From assembly GCA_963811675.1 (NCBI GenBank), contig CAWESH010000007.1, positions 164,784-228,783 on the forward strand: a DNA stretch of 64,000 nucleotides. Reading direction: 5' to 3'. This DNA is from an uncultured Actinomycetes bacterium (GTDB lineage Bacteria; Actinomycetota; Thermoleophilia; Gaiellales; JAICJC01). How positions within the stretch are numbered: position 1 is the first letter of the stretch; the number at the start of each line of letters is the position of its first letter. Shown one piece after another: positions 49,118 through 59,011 of the stretch. The notes below the pieces were generated by a model that ran no database searches, was not told the origin of the DNA, and was given only the letters and a program-made list of their open reading frames with translations. The position numbers were made by a program, and so were the translations under genes.

Positions 49118-50938
49118 GCGGCGTGGTCGAGGCGTTCGCGGAGGAAGAGTTCTTCGACCTCGTGAGCCGGTACCGGGCGCGAGACGATGAAGCCCTGTCC
49201 CAGGGTGCATCCGACGTCGCGCAAGAACCGCCACTGAGCTTCGGTCTCGATGCCCTCGGCCAGTGGCTCCATGCCGAGGTTGCGAGAGAGCTGGATGATC
49301 GCCACCACCAGCGCCGCGGACTCGTCGTCGTCGGGGAGGTCGCGCACAAACGAGCGGTCGATCTTGAGAGTGGTGGCGGGCATCTGCTTCAAGCGGGCCA
49401 GCGAAGAGTGCCCGGTGCCGAAATCGTCCAGAGCCAGCCGCAGCCCGGCTGAGCTGATCATGCGCAGCACCGCCTCGTTGTCGGGTGTCTGGCGCATCGC
49501 CGTCGACTCGGTGATCTCGATCAGGAGCTCGGTGGGGTCGACCCCGTGGCTTCGGATCAGCCGCAGCATGTTGCGAATCGCGGCCGGCTCCCACAGCGTC
49601 ACCGGGAGATTGAATGCGAGCCCGATATCGATCCCTCGCGACCGCCAGGCGACGTGCTGGCGGCACACCTGGTCGACCACCCAGTCGGTGATCGGCCCGA
49701 TCAGCCCGCAACGTTCGGCGAGGGGAATGAAGTCTGCTGGAGGAATCTCGGCGGACTCCGGGGGGCTGCCACCGGATCAGTGCCTCGGCACCGTGAATCC
49801 GACCGGAGCCGAGGTCGACAACCGGCTGGAAACGCAACACGAACTCGCGTGCCTCGATCGCGTGATGCAGCCGCGACACCATCGAGATCTCCTCCCGCGG
49901 GGGCAGTCGTCCGATGTCCAGCGCGCGGGCGGCACCGTCCCGCAGTCGCCGGCGGCCGATCGCGAGTCTGGCCTCGGCCAGCACGTCGTCGGGGGTGTCG
50001 GCGTCGCGCGGGTAGAGCGCGGTGCCGACTGACACCGTCAGGTAGACCTCCTCGTCCATGCATCGGAACGGGATTCGCAGCAGGTGCCGGAGGCGACCTG
50101 CGACCGCTTCCGCCATCTGGGCGACGTCGGCGGGGTGATCGTGCGTGCCTTGCGAGCCCTCCGGTGAGTCGGTGTCGGCCAGCAGCACCAGGAACTCGTC
50201 CCCGGTGTGCCGGGCCACCAGCTCGGCGCCCAGCGCGGCATCCCGTAACCGGTGCGAGAACGCCTTCAGCAGGCCGTCCGCGTTGGCGTGCCCGAAGCTC
50301 TCGTTGACCAGCTTGAAGTTATCGATGTCGATCAGCAGCACAGCGGCGGTGCGTGAGTACCGGCCCGACTCCCGCAGGGCCAGGTCGACCCAGTCGTGGA
50401 AGAGCGCGCGGTTGGGGAGCCCGGTGAGCTCGTCGTAGTGGGCCAGGAAGGCAATCCTGTCCTCGGCGTGACGGCGGGTGGTGATGTCGGCCCCGATCCG
50501 GCCGATACCGGTGACCTGACCGTGGGCGTCGACGGTGACGGTGTCATTCCACGCAACCACGCGATGCTCTCCCGAGCGAGTGATCAGCACGTTTTCCACC
50601 TCACTTGAGGCGGTGCCGGCGGTGAGCGTCGCCAGACGGCGGCGGTGAACGACCAGTCCAGAGCCGAAGGTGGCGTCCCAGTCGCGTCCCACCAGCTGCT
50701 CGCGCGGCCAGCCGGTGAGTTGCGCCAGCCGCTCGTTGGCAAATCCGATGCATCCGTTCACGTCGATGATGGCAACCAGCAAGGCGACGTCGGTCAGCAC
50801 CTGCGCAAACGGATCGGGAGGCGATTGGGCCGGGGGAGCGGCGTCGGCCATCCGCCGGGATCTGCGCATGAGCGCCCATGTCACCGGCACCGCGGCGAGC
50901 AGGAGCACAACGATGACTGGCAAGGCGTTCATGGTCAT
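49114..50938 (-). CDS. membrane-anchored PAS-GGDEF-EAL c-di-GMP enzyme (+1 frameshift in G6 run 49760-49765)
   Basis: N-terminal TM, PAS, DELTGLPNR, DIDNFK.VN, TGDEF, EAL, IEITES, DDFGTG.SSL, KIDRSF, AEGIET, QG. Confidence 0.92.
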
Positions 50939-50957
50939 GGAAGGGGCGTAACTCCGG

Positions 50958-50984
50958 TGATCGCCCACGACCGGGGACGGTTGA
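50958..50984 (-). promoter_or_regulatory. putative sigma28/WhiG-type promoter
   Basis: TCAA-N15-GGCGATCA versus consensus TAAA-N15-GCCGATAA, about 20 nt upstream of the GGDEF/EAL start. Confidence 0.4.
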
Positions 50985-51022
50985 GATGGGGAGCATCCAG
51001 CGAACCATCTATGGTCCCCGCA

Positions 51023-51730
51023 ATGTCCGCGTGGCCCACAGATGTGGTTGTCGCCCCGTCGATCCTGTCGTCGGACTTCGGCCGTGTGCGTGAGCAGGTC
51101 ACCGAGGTGCTGGAGGCCGGCGCTCGGGTGATCCACGTCGATGTGATGGACGGCCACTTCGTCCCGGTGATCACGTTCGGGCCAAAGATGCTGGCCGACA
51201 TCTCAGACGTGATCCACGAGCACGGTGCCTTCGCAGACGTTCATCTGATGGTGGAGCAGCCGGAGCGGCACCTGAGCCAGTTCGCCCAGGCAGGCGCCGA
51301 CAGCATCACGGTCCACGTCGAGACCTGCCCCCACCTGCACCACACACTTCAGCAGATCTCCGATCTCGGGTGCCGTGCCGGCGTCACGCTGGGCCCGGCC
51401 ACGCCGGTCGTCGCGATCACCGAGGCAGCGCGATATGCCGACGTGCTGCTGTGCATGAGCGTCAACCCCGGGTGGGGCGGACAGAGCTTCATTCCCGCGA
51501 CGCTCGATCGCCTGCCGCAGATGCGGCGCCTGGCCTCGGCCAGAGAAGGAGTGGTGGTCGAGGTCGACGGCGGTGTCCACCAGGCCACCATCGCCGACTG
51601 CTACCGGGCCGGGGCCAACATCCTGGTGGCCGGCTCGGGGATCTTTTCCACCCCGTCCCCAGGGGAAGCATTTGCCGAGCTGACCGGGATCGTTGCGGCT
51701 GCTGAGGCTCCGGCATGGGCGATCGCCTGA
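51023..51730 (+). CDS. rpe: ribulose-phosphate 3-epimerase
   Basis: APSILSSDF, HVDVMDGHFVP, DVHLMV, MSVNPG.GGQ, VDGG, VAGS. Confidence 0.96.
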   Translation: MSAWPTDVVVAPSILSSDFGRVREQVTEVLEAGARVIHVDVMDGHFVPVITFGPKMLADISDVIHEHGAFADVHLMVEQPERHLSQFAQAGADSITVHVETCPHLHHTLQQISDLGCRAGVTLGPATPVVAITEAARYADVLLCMSVNPGWGGQSFIPATLDRLPQMRRLASAREGVVVEVDGGVHQATIADCYRAGANILVAGSGIFSTPSPGEAFAELTGIVAAAEAPAWAIA

Positions 51731-52788
51731 CCGACGACGACCGGCTGTGGCTGGAGCGGTGTCTGGAGCTGGCTGAACTGGGAGCGCGCAGCGCGGCGCC
51801 GAACCCCATGGTCGGCTGTGTGGTGGTACGCGACGGGCAGGTGGTCGGTGAGGGTTGGCACCGCCGTCCGGGAGAGCCGCACGCTGAGGTGCACGCGCTG
51901 GCCGCGGCCGCCGGTGAGGCGGCCGGCGCGACCGTGTACGTCAGCCTCGAGCCGTGTTCGCACCACGGCCGCACGCCGCCCTGCACCGACGCGCTGATCG
52001 CCGCCGGCGTCGGCCGAGTGGTGGTCGCGACCGGCGACCCCGACCCTCGGGTGAGCGGCAACGGGTTACGGACGTTGCGGGCGGCGGGGATCGCCGTGGA
52101 CGAGGCCGCGGGAGCAATCGAGATTCGGGCGCGGCGCCAGAATGCGGGGTTCCGCACGCGGGTCACGCTGGGGCGCCCTCACGTGACCTACAAGGTCGCG
52201 GTCAGCCGCGATGGTCGCACCGCGCCGGCGTCCGGCGAGCGCACCTGGATCTCGTCGTCTGAGAGCCGGGCGGAGGTGCACGAGCTGCGGGCCCGTTCCG
52301 GCGCCGTGGCGGTCGGGATCGGGACCGTGCTCGCTGACGACCCCGACCTCACGGCGCGGGACACCACACCACCGGCCGAGCGCCAGCCCGTACGAGTCGT
52401 GTTCGACCGTCATGGCCGGCTGCCGGAGGGGTCCCGACTGGTGCGTACGGCCGGCGCTGAAACGCCGGTGGTGGACGTGATTTGGCCTGACGCACCAGCG
52501 GTGGCGGCGGCTCACGTGGAGTCGCTGCGCGCCGACTCGCTGCAGACGGCGCTGGCAGAGCTGTCCGACCGGGGCATCGCCTGGCTGCTGCTGGAAGGCG
52601 GCGCGACCATCGCCACGGCGTTTCTGGATGCCGGGCTGATCGATCGCGTGCTGGTCTATCAGGCGCCGGTCGAACTCGGCCCCGCCGGTCCGGGCATGTT
52701 CACGCACCCAGTGCAGCTGCCCCCGCCGCTGCAGTCACGGGCGGTGGGGCCGGATATTCTCAGTGAAATCGAACTCAGGGAGCCATAG
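51715..52788 (+). CDS. ribD: riboflavin deaminase/reductase
   Basis: PNPMVG, HAE, LEPCSH.GRTPPC, GTVLADDP.L, EGG. Confidence 0.96.
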   Translation: MGDRLTDDDRLWLERCLELAELGARSAAPNPMVGCVVVRDGQVVGEGWHRRPGEPHAEVHALAAAAGEAAGATVYVSLEPCSHHGRTPPCTDALIAAGVGRVVVATGDPDPRVSGNGLRTLRAAGIAVDEAAGAIEIRARRQNAGFRTRVTLGRPHVTYKVAVSRDGRTAPASGERTWISSSESRAEVHELRARSGAVAVGIGTVLADDPDLTARDTTPPAERQPVRVVFDRHGRLPEGSRLVRTAGAETPVVDVIWPDAPAVAAAHVESLRADSLQTALAELSDRGIAWLLLEGGATIATAFLDAGLIDRVLVYQAPVELGPAGPGMFTHPVQLPPPLQSRAVGPDILSEIELREP

Positions 52789-52789
52789 G

Positions 52790-53389
52790 GTGTTCACGGG
52801 GATTGTGGTGGAGCAGGCGGTGGTGGACGCTCCGGCGCCGGGTCTGGTGCTGGCCTCAGCAGTGGTCAGCACCGATGTCGCCGTCGGTGACTCGGTCGCC
52901 GTGGACGGCTGCTGTCTGACGGTGACCAGGATCGAGGGTAACCGGCTTCATTTCGACGCCGTGCCCGAGACGCTCGCGCGAACCACGCTCGGTGACCGCG
53001 CGGTGGGTGACCTGATCAATCTGGAGCCGGCGCTGCGGGTCGGTGATCGCATGGGCGGTCACTGGGTGCAGGGCCACGTCGACGGAGTCGGCGAGGTCGC
53101 TTCGCTAACTCCTCACAGCAATGCGGTGGACATCTGGGTAAAGGCGCCGGAGGCCGTGCTTCGCTACGTGATCGAGAAGGGATCGATCACCGTCAACGGC
53201 GTCAGTCTGACCGTTACCGGGTTCGACCGCGACGGTTTCGGCGTGTCGCTGATTCCGCACACGCTGGAGGTCACCAATTTCGGCCGCTTACAGCCGGGGG
53301 ATCGGGTCAATCTGGAGGCCGATCTGTTCGGCAAGTATGTGGAGCGGTTGACCGCTGGTGGGCTACCATCGGAGCAGGATGAACGCTGA
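52790..53389 (+). CDS. ribE: riboflavin synthase alpha chain
   Basis: FTGIV, GDSVAVDG.CLTV, GGH.VQGHVD, KGSI.VNGVSLT, IPHT, VNLE.D. Confidence 0.96.
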   Translation: MFTGIVVEQAVVDAPAPGLVLASAVVSTDVAVGDSVAVDGCCLTVTRIEGNRLHFDAVPETLARTTLGDRAVGDLINLEPALRVGDRMGGHWVQGHVDGVGEVASLTPHSNAVDIWVKAPEAVLRYVIEKGSITVNGVSLTVTGFDRDGFGVSLIPHTLEVTNFGRLQPGDRVNLEADLFGKYVERLTAGGLPSEQDER

Positions 53390-54650
53390 TACGGGCTTCA
53401 AGGAGATGTATCCCGACCTCGACGAGTCGCCGTTTGCGACGGTCGCCGAGGCGATCGAGGACATCCGCGCCGGCAAGATGGTGGTGGTGGTCGATTCTCC
53501 CGATCGTGAGAACGAGGGCGACCTGGTGATGGCGGCCCAGTACGTCACTCCCGAGGCGATCAACTTCATGGCCACGCACGCCCGCGGATTGATCTGCCTC
53601 TCGCTCACCCCCGAGCGGATCGAAGAGCTTGGGCTGGACATGATGACCCACCACAACATGACGCCGTTCGAAACCGCGTTCACCGTGTCGATCGAGGCCC
53701 GTGAGGGCGTCTCGACGGGGATCTCGGCGGCCGACCGGGCGCACACCATCCAGGTGGCCATCAACCCCGACTCCAACCCGGGAGACCTGGTTCAGCCGGG
53801 ACACGTGTTTCCGCTGCGGGCGCGCCCGTTCGGGGTGCTCGAGCGCACCGGCCAGACCGAGGCGTCGGTCGATCTGGCGCGGCTTGCTGGTCTCCAGCCG
53901 GCCGGCGTGATCTGCGAGGTGATGAACCAGGACGGGACGATGGCGCGTGTCCCCGACCTGATCGGGTACTGCACCGAGCATGGGCTGAAGATGATCACTG
54001 TCGCCGACATCGTCGCCCACCGGCATCGCTCCGAGCCCCTGGTGGAGCGGATCGCGGTGGCTTCGCTGCCGACCGCCTTCGGCGAGTTCGTGGCCTACGG
54101 CTACCGATCGATGATCGACGGCCAGCAGCATGTGGCGATGGTGATGGGCGACGTCGATGGTGCCAAGGACGTGCTGGTGCGGGTTCACTCCGAGTGCCTC
54201 ACCGGCGACGTGTTCCATTCACTGCGGTGTGACTGTGGGGAGCAGCTCGACCGGGCGCTCGCCCAGATTGCCTCCGAGGGCGCCGGTGTGCTGCTGTACC
54301 TGTCTCAAGAGGGCCGTGGGATCGGCCTGCTGAACAAGCTGCGAGCCTACGAGCTGCAGGAACAGGGGCTCGACACCGTGGATGCAAACCTTGCCCTGGG
54401 GCTGCCCGTCGATTCCCGCGACTACGGGCTGGGGTATCAGATCCTGGCGGATCTGGGTCTGACCACGTTGCGGGTGATGACCAACAATCCCAAGAAGCTG
54501 ATCGGCCTGGAGGGATACGGGCTGGAGGTCACCGAGCAGGTTCCGATCGTGGCCGAGCCCAACCCGGTGAACGAGCGCTATCTGCGTACCAAGGCAGAGC
54601 GGATGGGTCACACCATCTCCCATCAGAGCCTGCGAGCGGATATCGAGTGA
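53379..54650 (+). CDS. ribBA: DHBP synthase / GTP cyclohydrolase II
   Basis: RENEGD, TGISAADR, PGHVFPL, RVHSECLTGD, RCDCG, QEGRGIGL, TNNP.K. Confidence 0.97.
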   Translation: MNADTGFKEMYPDLDESPFATVAEAIEDIRAGKMVVVVDSPDRENEGDLVMAAQYVTPEAINFMATHARGLICLSLTPERIEELGLDMMTHHNMTPFETAFTVSIEAREGVSTGISAADRAHTIQVAINPDSNPGDLVQPGHVFPLRARPFGVLERTGQTEASVDLARLAGLQPAGVICEVMNQDGTMARVPDLIGYCTEHGLKMITVADIVAHRHRSEPLVERIAVASLPTAFGEFVAYGYRSMIDGQQHVAMVMGDVDGAKDVLVRVHSECLTGDVFHSLRCDCGEQLDRALAQIASEGAGVLLYLSQEGRGIGLLNKLRAYELQEQGLDTVDANLALGLPVDSRDYGLGYQILADLGLTTLRVMTNNPKKLIGLEGYGLEVTEQVPIVAEPNPVNERYLRTKAERMGHTISHQSLRADIE

Positions 54651-55166
54651 GCGAGGACGGCCCCGGCCAGATCGCGATTCCCCAGGGCTGCTCGGTGGTT
54701 GTCGCCCGGGCGGATCCAAATACCGACGTCGCCATCGTGGCATCGCGCTACAACGCGGGGGTGGTGGAACGGCTGTTGGAGGGCGCCGTCGCTGCGTCTG
54801 GCCGAGCGCGGCATTGCCCGCGACCGACTGACGATCGCGCTGGTCCCCGGCGCCTGGGAGCTGCCGCTGGCCTGCCGGCGGTTGGCCGAGGCCGGCGGGC
54901 ACCAGGCGGTGATCGCGCTTGGGTGTGTGATCCGCGGCGACACGCCGCACTTCGACTACGTCTGTACCGAGGCTTCGCGCGGGGTGATTCAGGCCGCGCT
55001 CGACACCGGTGTGCCGGTCGCCTTCGGCCTGCTGACCACCGAGAACGAGCAGCAGGCCCTCGACCGGGCCGGCGGAAGTCACGGCAACAAGGGTGCCGAG
55101 GCCGCCGACGCTGCGCTCGATATGGCGGGACTGATGCGCGCTCTGCCCCGCCGCCGTTCGGGGTGA
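54647..55166 (+). CDS. ribH: lumazine synthase (frameshift near 54797)
   Basis: AIVASRYN, VPGAWELP, LGCVIRGDTPHFDYV, FGLLT, NKG.EAA. Confidence 0.92.
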
Positions 55167-55978
55167 GCACACCGCTGCTGGTGACCGGCGCCACCGGGTA
55201 CCTGGGCAGCGAGCTTGTGCGCCAGGCTCGCCGATGCCGTCGGATGGAGTCTCTCCAACGCCGGTGCCGATCGCGTGGACATTCGTGATCCCGCGCGGAT
55301 GTCGACTCCCGGGTCGCGCAGCTTCAGCCTGCCTGCGTGATCCATACCGCCTACAGCGAGCACGGGCCCTGCGGCGTATGCGACCACCGTGCAGGGCGCC
55401 GCCAACGTGGCCCGGGCCGCGAACGCTCATGGGGCGCGCTTGATTCACCTGTCCACCGACGTGGTCTTCGATGGCCGCGGCGGTGCGCCCTACCGGGAGT
55501 CTGATCCGGTCATCTCCGATCACGACCTACGGCCGCCACAAGGCCGAGGCCGAACAGGCGGTCGGCGAGGCGCACCCACACGCGGTGATCGTTCGCACCT
55601 CACTGATCTACGGCGGACCGCAACCGTCGCGGCACGAGCAGACGGCGCTGGACGTGGCCGCCGGCCGGGCGTCGCTTGCCTTCTACACCGACGAGTTGCG
55701 CTGCCCGGTGGCGGTGGCCGACCTGGCTGCCGCGCTGCTCTCGCTGGTCGACTCGACCTTCACCGGGATCGTGCATATCGCCGGTGCCGACGCCGTTTCC
55801 CGCTGGGAGTTCGCGAGCCTGGTGACAGGCAGCGAACAGCTGCCGTCGGCCCGCAGCGCCGATCGCGGCGGATCCCCGACCGCTCGACTGCCGGCTCGAC
55901 ACCTCGCTCTCCCAGACGCTTCTGCCGACGCCACCTCGCGGCGTGCGCGAGGTGCTCAGGGAGCGAGCCGCTCGATGA
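55163..55978 (+). CDS. RmlD-like SDR oxidoreductase; several frameshifts
   Basis: LVTGATGYLG, IHLSTDVVFDG, YG..KA.AE, IVRTSLIYG, DELRCP..V.DLA. Confidence 0.75.
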
Positions 55979-56562
55979 CCCACGCCCCGTGCTCCACGCG
56001 ATATCGGAAGCGGTCGTGCAGGCGGGCATCACCGTGCTGCCAGAACTCGTAGCGATCGGGCGTCAGCCGATAGCCGCCCCAGCGGTCGGGCCGGGGAATC
56101 TCCTCGCCGGCGAATCGCTCCTCGGCGGCCTGGAGTTCCCGCTCCAGCTGCGCGCGGGAGTCGAGCACTCTGCCCTGGTGGGAGGCCCAGGCTCCCAGCC
56201 GGCTGTCGCGCGGGCGGCTCTCGAAGTAGGCGTCGGAGCGCATCGGCCGGCAGCCGCTCGACCCGGCCTTCGATTCGTACCTGCCGTCCAAGCGTGTGCC
56301 AGTGAAAGAGCAGGGCGGCGTTGGGGTTTTGGTCGAGTTCTGAGGCCTTGCGGCTTTCATACCCGGTGTAGAAGCACAGGCCGTCGGCATCCATGCCGCG
56401 CAGCAGCACCATCCTCACGGATGGGACGCCGTCTGCGGAGGCGGTCGCCAGCGCCATGGCATTCACGTCTCCACTGCCACCGGTTGCGGCGGCCGCGTCG
56501 TACCACGCCTGGAACTGACGCGCAGGATCGGGATCAAGCTCGTGCCGGTGCAGCGCACACAC
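55956..56562 (-). CDS. pdxH: pyridoxamine 5'-phosphate oxidase (frameshift near 56250)
   Basis: DP..QF..W, MALAT, RMVLL, FYT..SRK, RQVRIEG, YF.SRP, WGG, EFWQ..RLHDR, RLAP. Confidence 0.92.
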
Positions 56563-56571
56563 CGAGCCGGC

Positions 56572-56763
56572 TTAGACCGCCTTGGTGACCCGGCCGCTCT
56601 TCAGGCAGCGGGTGCACACGTACTCGCGCGCAGGGGCGCCGTCCACCAGAATCCGGATCCGCTGGAGATTCGGGTTGAAACGCCGCCGGGTCGCCACCAT
56701 CGAGTGGCTGCGGTTGTTCCCAAACCCGGGCTTCTTGGCGCAGATTACGCAGACGCGTGACAT
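56572..56763 (-). CDS. rpmB: 50S ribosomal protein L28 (CxxC zinc form)
   Basis: MSRVCVICAK.P.FGNNRSHS...RRF.PNLQ...CTRCLK. Confidence 0.97.
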   Translation of the reverse strand: MSRVCVICAKKPGFGNNRSHSMVATRRRFNPNLQRIRILVDGAPAREYVCTRCLKSGRVTKAV

Positions 56764-56825
56764 GGCGGCGGAGTATAGATCACACCGATCGCAACCGGCG
56801 CCGCTCTCGGCACGTCCTAGAGGAT

Positions 56826-57201
56826 ATGCAGCATCATCTGGCCAGTGTGGGGGAGGCTGAGGCTGTCGGCGGGACGTTCACCATCGCCAACGAGGTGATC
56901 GCCCAGATCGTCGGGCTGACCGTGCTGGAGTGCTACGGGGTGGTGGGGATGGCGGCCTCGAGTCTCACCCAGGGTGTGTACCGGCTGCTCTCTCGCGAGC
57001 GGGTCGACCAGGGCGTCACCGTCCACCACGAGCCGGCGGGGCTGGTGATCGAGCTGTACATCGTGGTGGAGTACGGGCTGAATCTGGCCGAGGTCGCCGG
57101 CAACGTCCGCTCCGCGGGTGCAGTATCAGGTGGAGAAGCTCACGCAGATGCCAGTCGACTCGATCCAGATCTACATCCAAGGGGTAAAGCGCACTCGGTG
57201 A
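56826..57201 (+). CDS. Asp23/YloU family protein (frameshift near 57113)
   Basis: VIAQIVG...ECYGVVGMA, LYIVVEYG.N; other frame V.YQVEK.T...IYIQGV; synteny with rpmB and DAK2 gene. Confidence 0.88.
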
Positions 57202-57211
57202 CGGACGGGCA

Positions 57212-59011
57212 GTGAACACCCCGCGCCAGATCGCACTGGCCGCGGCGCGCGGCGGCGCGACCGCGCTCGCAGCCAGCCGTTCGCGCCTGAACGACCTCAA
57301 CGTCTACCCGGTGCCTGACGGCGACACCGGTTCCAACCTGTGGCGCACCGCGGTGAGGGTCGCGGACGGGCTGGAGCAGGATCCGGGGACGTCGCGGCAG
57401 GAGGTGGCGGCGGTTGCCAAGCGCTCAGCGCTGGCCGGGGCGAGCGGCAACAGCGGGATCATCCTGTCCCAGATCGTGGCCGGGTTCGCCGATGTGCTGG
57501 GGGAGAGTGGCCGGGTCGACGCCGATGTGCTGGCGCAGGCGCTGAGGGTAGCCAGTGATGCCGCCTACCGCCCGGTACGCCAGCCGATCGAAGGCACCAT
57601 GCTGACCGTCATCCGGGAGATGGCGGAGACCGCTGACGCCCGGCGCGGGCTCTCGCTGGACGATGCTTTGGACGCGGTGCTCGAAGCCGCCGCGGAGACG
57701 GTCGTTCGCACCCAATCGATGCTGGATGTGCTGCGCGACGCGCAGGTCGTGGACGCCGGTGCGGCGGGGTTGCTCGAGTATGCCCGCGGCGCGGTGGCGG
57801 GGTACCGGGGGGAGACGCCCGACCGGCTCAAGGACACAGTGGCGAGCCCGGTGTCACTCGAATCAGTGCATCTGGAGGAGTCGCGCTACCGGTACTGCAC
57901 GTCGTTTCTGATCGAGGGCGACGGGCTCGACGTGGCCGCCCTGGAGCAACAGCTGGCGGGCTTTGGCGACTGTGTGCTGGTGGTGGGCGAGGCGCCGCTG
58001 GTAAAGGTGCACGTGCATACCGATGAGCCTGGGCAGGTACTTTCGCTCGGGGTCACAGCCGGATCGGTCGACGGCATCGAGATTGCCAACATGCACGAGC
58101 AGGCGCGGGCCCGCGAGCGGCGCCTGACCGTGATCGAAGGCGGAGCGACGACCACCCCGCGGGCGGCAGTCGGTACTGCTGCGGTGGTGCTCGACTCGAC
58201 CGCCGACCTGCCCGATCCGCAGGCACTCCATCCCAATTGGCGATCGGTCCCGCTGACGGTCAGCTTCGGCGACCGCGACTATGCCGACGGCGTCGACATC
58301 GATTCCGACGGGTTCTACCGGCTGCTGCGCGACTCCCCGCACCACCCGCAGACGTCGGCGCCGGCCCCGGCCGCGTACTCCCAGGCGTTTGCCGATCTGA
58401 GCGGCTGTGCCCGGATATTCGTGCTGCCGATCTCCTCAAAGGTCTCGGGCTCACACCAGTCGGCGCTGGTGGCTGCCCAGAGCGATCCCCGGGTGACGGT
58501 GCTCGACGGGCTCACGGTGTCTGCCGGCACGGTGCTGCTGGCCGAGGGGGTGCAACGCCTGCTCGACCGCGACGCCACCACCGAGGAGATCGAGGCGTGG
58601 ATGACCGCCGCTCGCGACCGCGTCAAGATCTTGATCGGCGTCAGCACCCTGGAGTACCTCGAGCGGGGCGGACGGATCAACCACACCCGTCGCCTGCTGG
58701 GCGACGCGCTTGGCCTGAAGCCGATCCTGACGATGCGTGACGGTGAGGTGGTGGAGTACAAGAAGGTGCGGGGAATGCCGGGTGTATGGCGCGAGTTCGA
58801 GCGATTCATCGACCAAAATGTCCCGCCGGACACGCTGGTTCGGGTCGGGCTGGCGCACGCCCAGGCGCCGGATACCGTCGAACGGCTGACCGAGCTGATC
58901 GCACGCACACGACCGCTGGCCAGCATCGACCGGGTGTGCTCGATCGGCGCAGTGGTGGGTGCCCACGGCGGACCGGGAGCGTTCGGCCTCCTCATCTTCC
59001 CCGACGCATGA
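57212..59011 (+). CDS. DAK2 (FakA-like) - DegV (FakB-like) fusion
   Basis: LN.LNVYPVPDGDTG.N, GNSG.ILSQ, EGTMLTV, VVDAG, YCT.F, KVHVHT; then DSTADL, TS.P, ISSKVSG, L.YL.RGGRI, KPIL, H.GPG. Confidence 0.9.
   Translation: MNTPRQIALAAARGGATALAASRSRLNDLNVYPVPDGDTGSNLWRTAVRVADGLEQDPGTSRQEVAAVAKRSALAGASGNSGIILSQIVAGFADVLGESGRVDADVLAQALRVASDAAYRPVRQPIEGTMLTVIREMAETADARRGLSLDDALDAVLEAAAETVVRTQSMLDVLRDAQVVDAGAAGLLEYARGAVAGYRGETPDRLKDTVASPVSLESVHLEESRYRYCTSFLIEGDGLDVAALEQQLAGFGDCVLVVGEAPLVKVHVHTDEPGQVLSLGVTAGSVDGIEIANMHEQARARERRLTVIEGGATTTPRAAVGTAAVVLDSTADLPDPQALHPNWRSVPLTVSFGDRDYADGVDIDSDGFYRLLRDSPHHPQTSAPAPAAYSQAFADLSGCARIFVLPISSKVSGSHQSALVAAQSDPRVTVLDGLTVSAGTVLLAEGVQRLLDRDATTEEIEAWMTAARDRVKILIGVSTLEYLERGGRINHTRRLLGDALGLKPILTMRDGEVVEYKKVRGMPGVWREFERFIDQNVPPDTLVRVGLAHAQAPDTVERLTELIARTRPLASIDRVCSIGAVVGAHGGPGAFGLLIFPDA

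Noticed and set aside
48965-49187. Diversity-generating retroelement TR/VR pair
   Set aside because: Differences are not adenine-specific in one copy, all are synonymous, and no reverse transcriptase is in the window.
50972-51020. Structured ncRNA or c-di-GMP riboswitch in the EAL-rpe intergenic region
   Set aside because: Only short interrupted stems (CGGGGAC/GTCCCCG, AGATGG/CCATCT), no riboswitch consensus, and expected by chance at this GC level.
51700-51730. FMN riboswitch before ribD; also SAM riboswitch before metK and T-box before trpS
   Set aside because: ribD overlaps rpe, metK has a 28-nt gap, and trpS shares a 77-nt gap with aroF; no room and no consensus motifs.
54647-57201. Pseudogenisation of ribH, rmlD-like, pdxH and yloU
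   Set aside because: Only single-base indels with fully conserved motifs; the same error type hits essential genes, so sequencing error is more likely.
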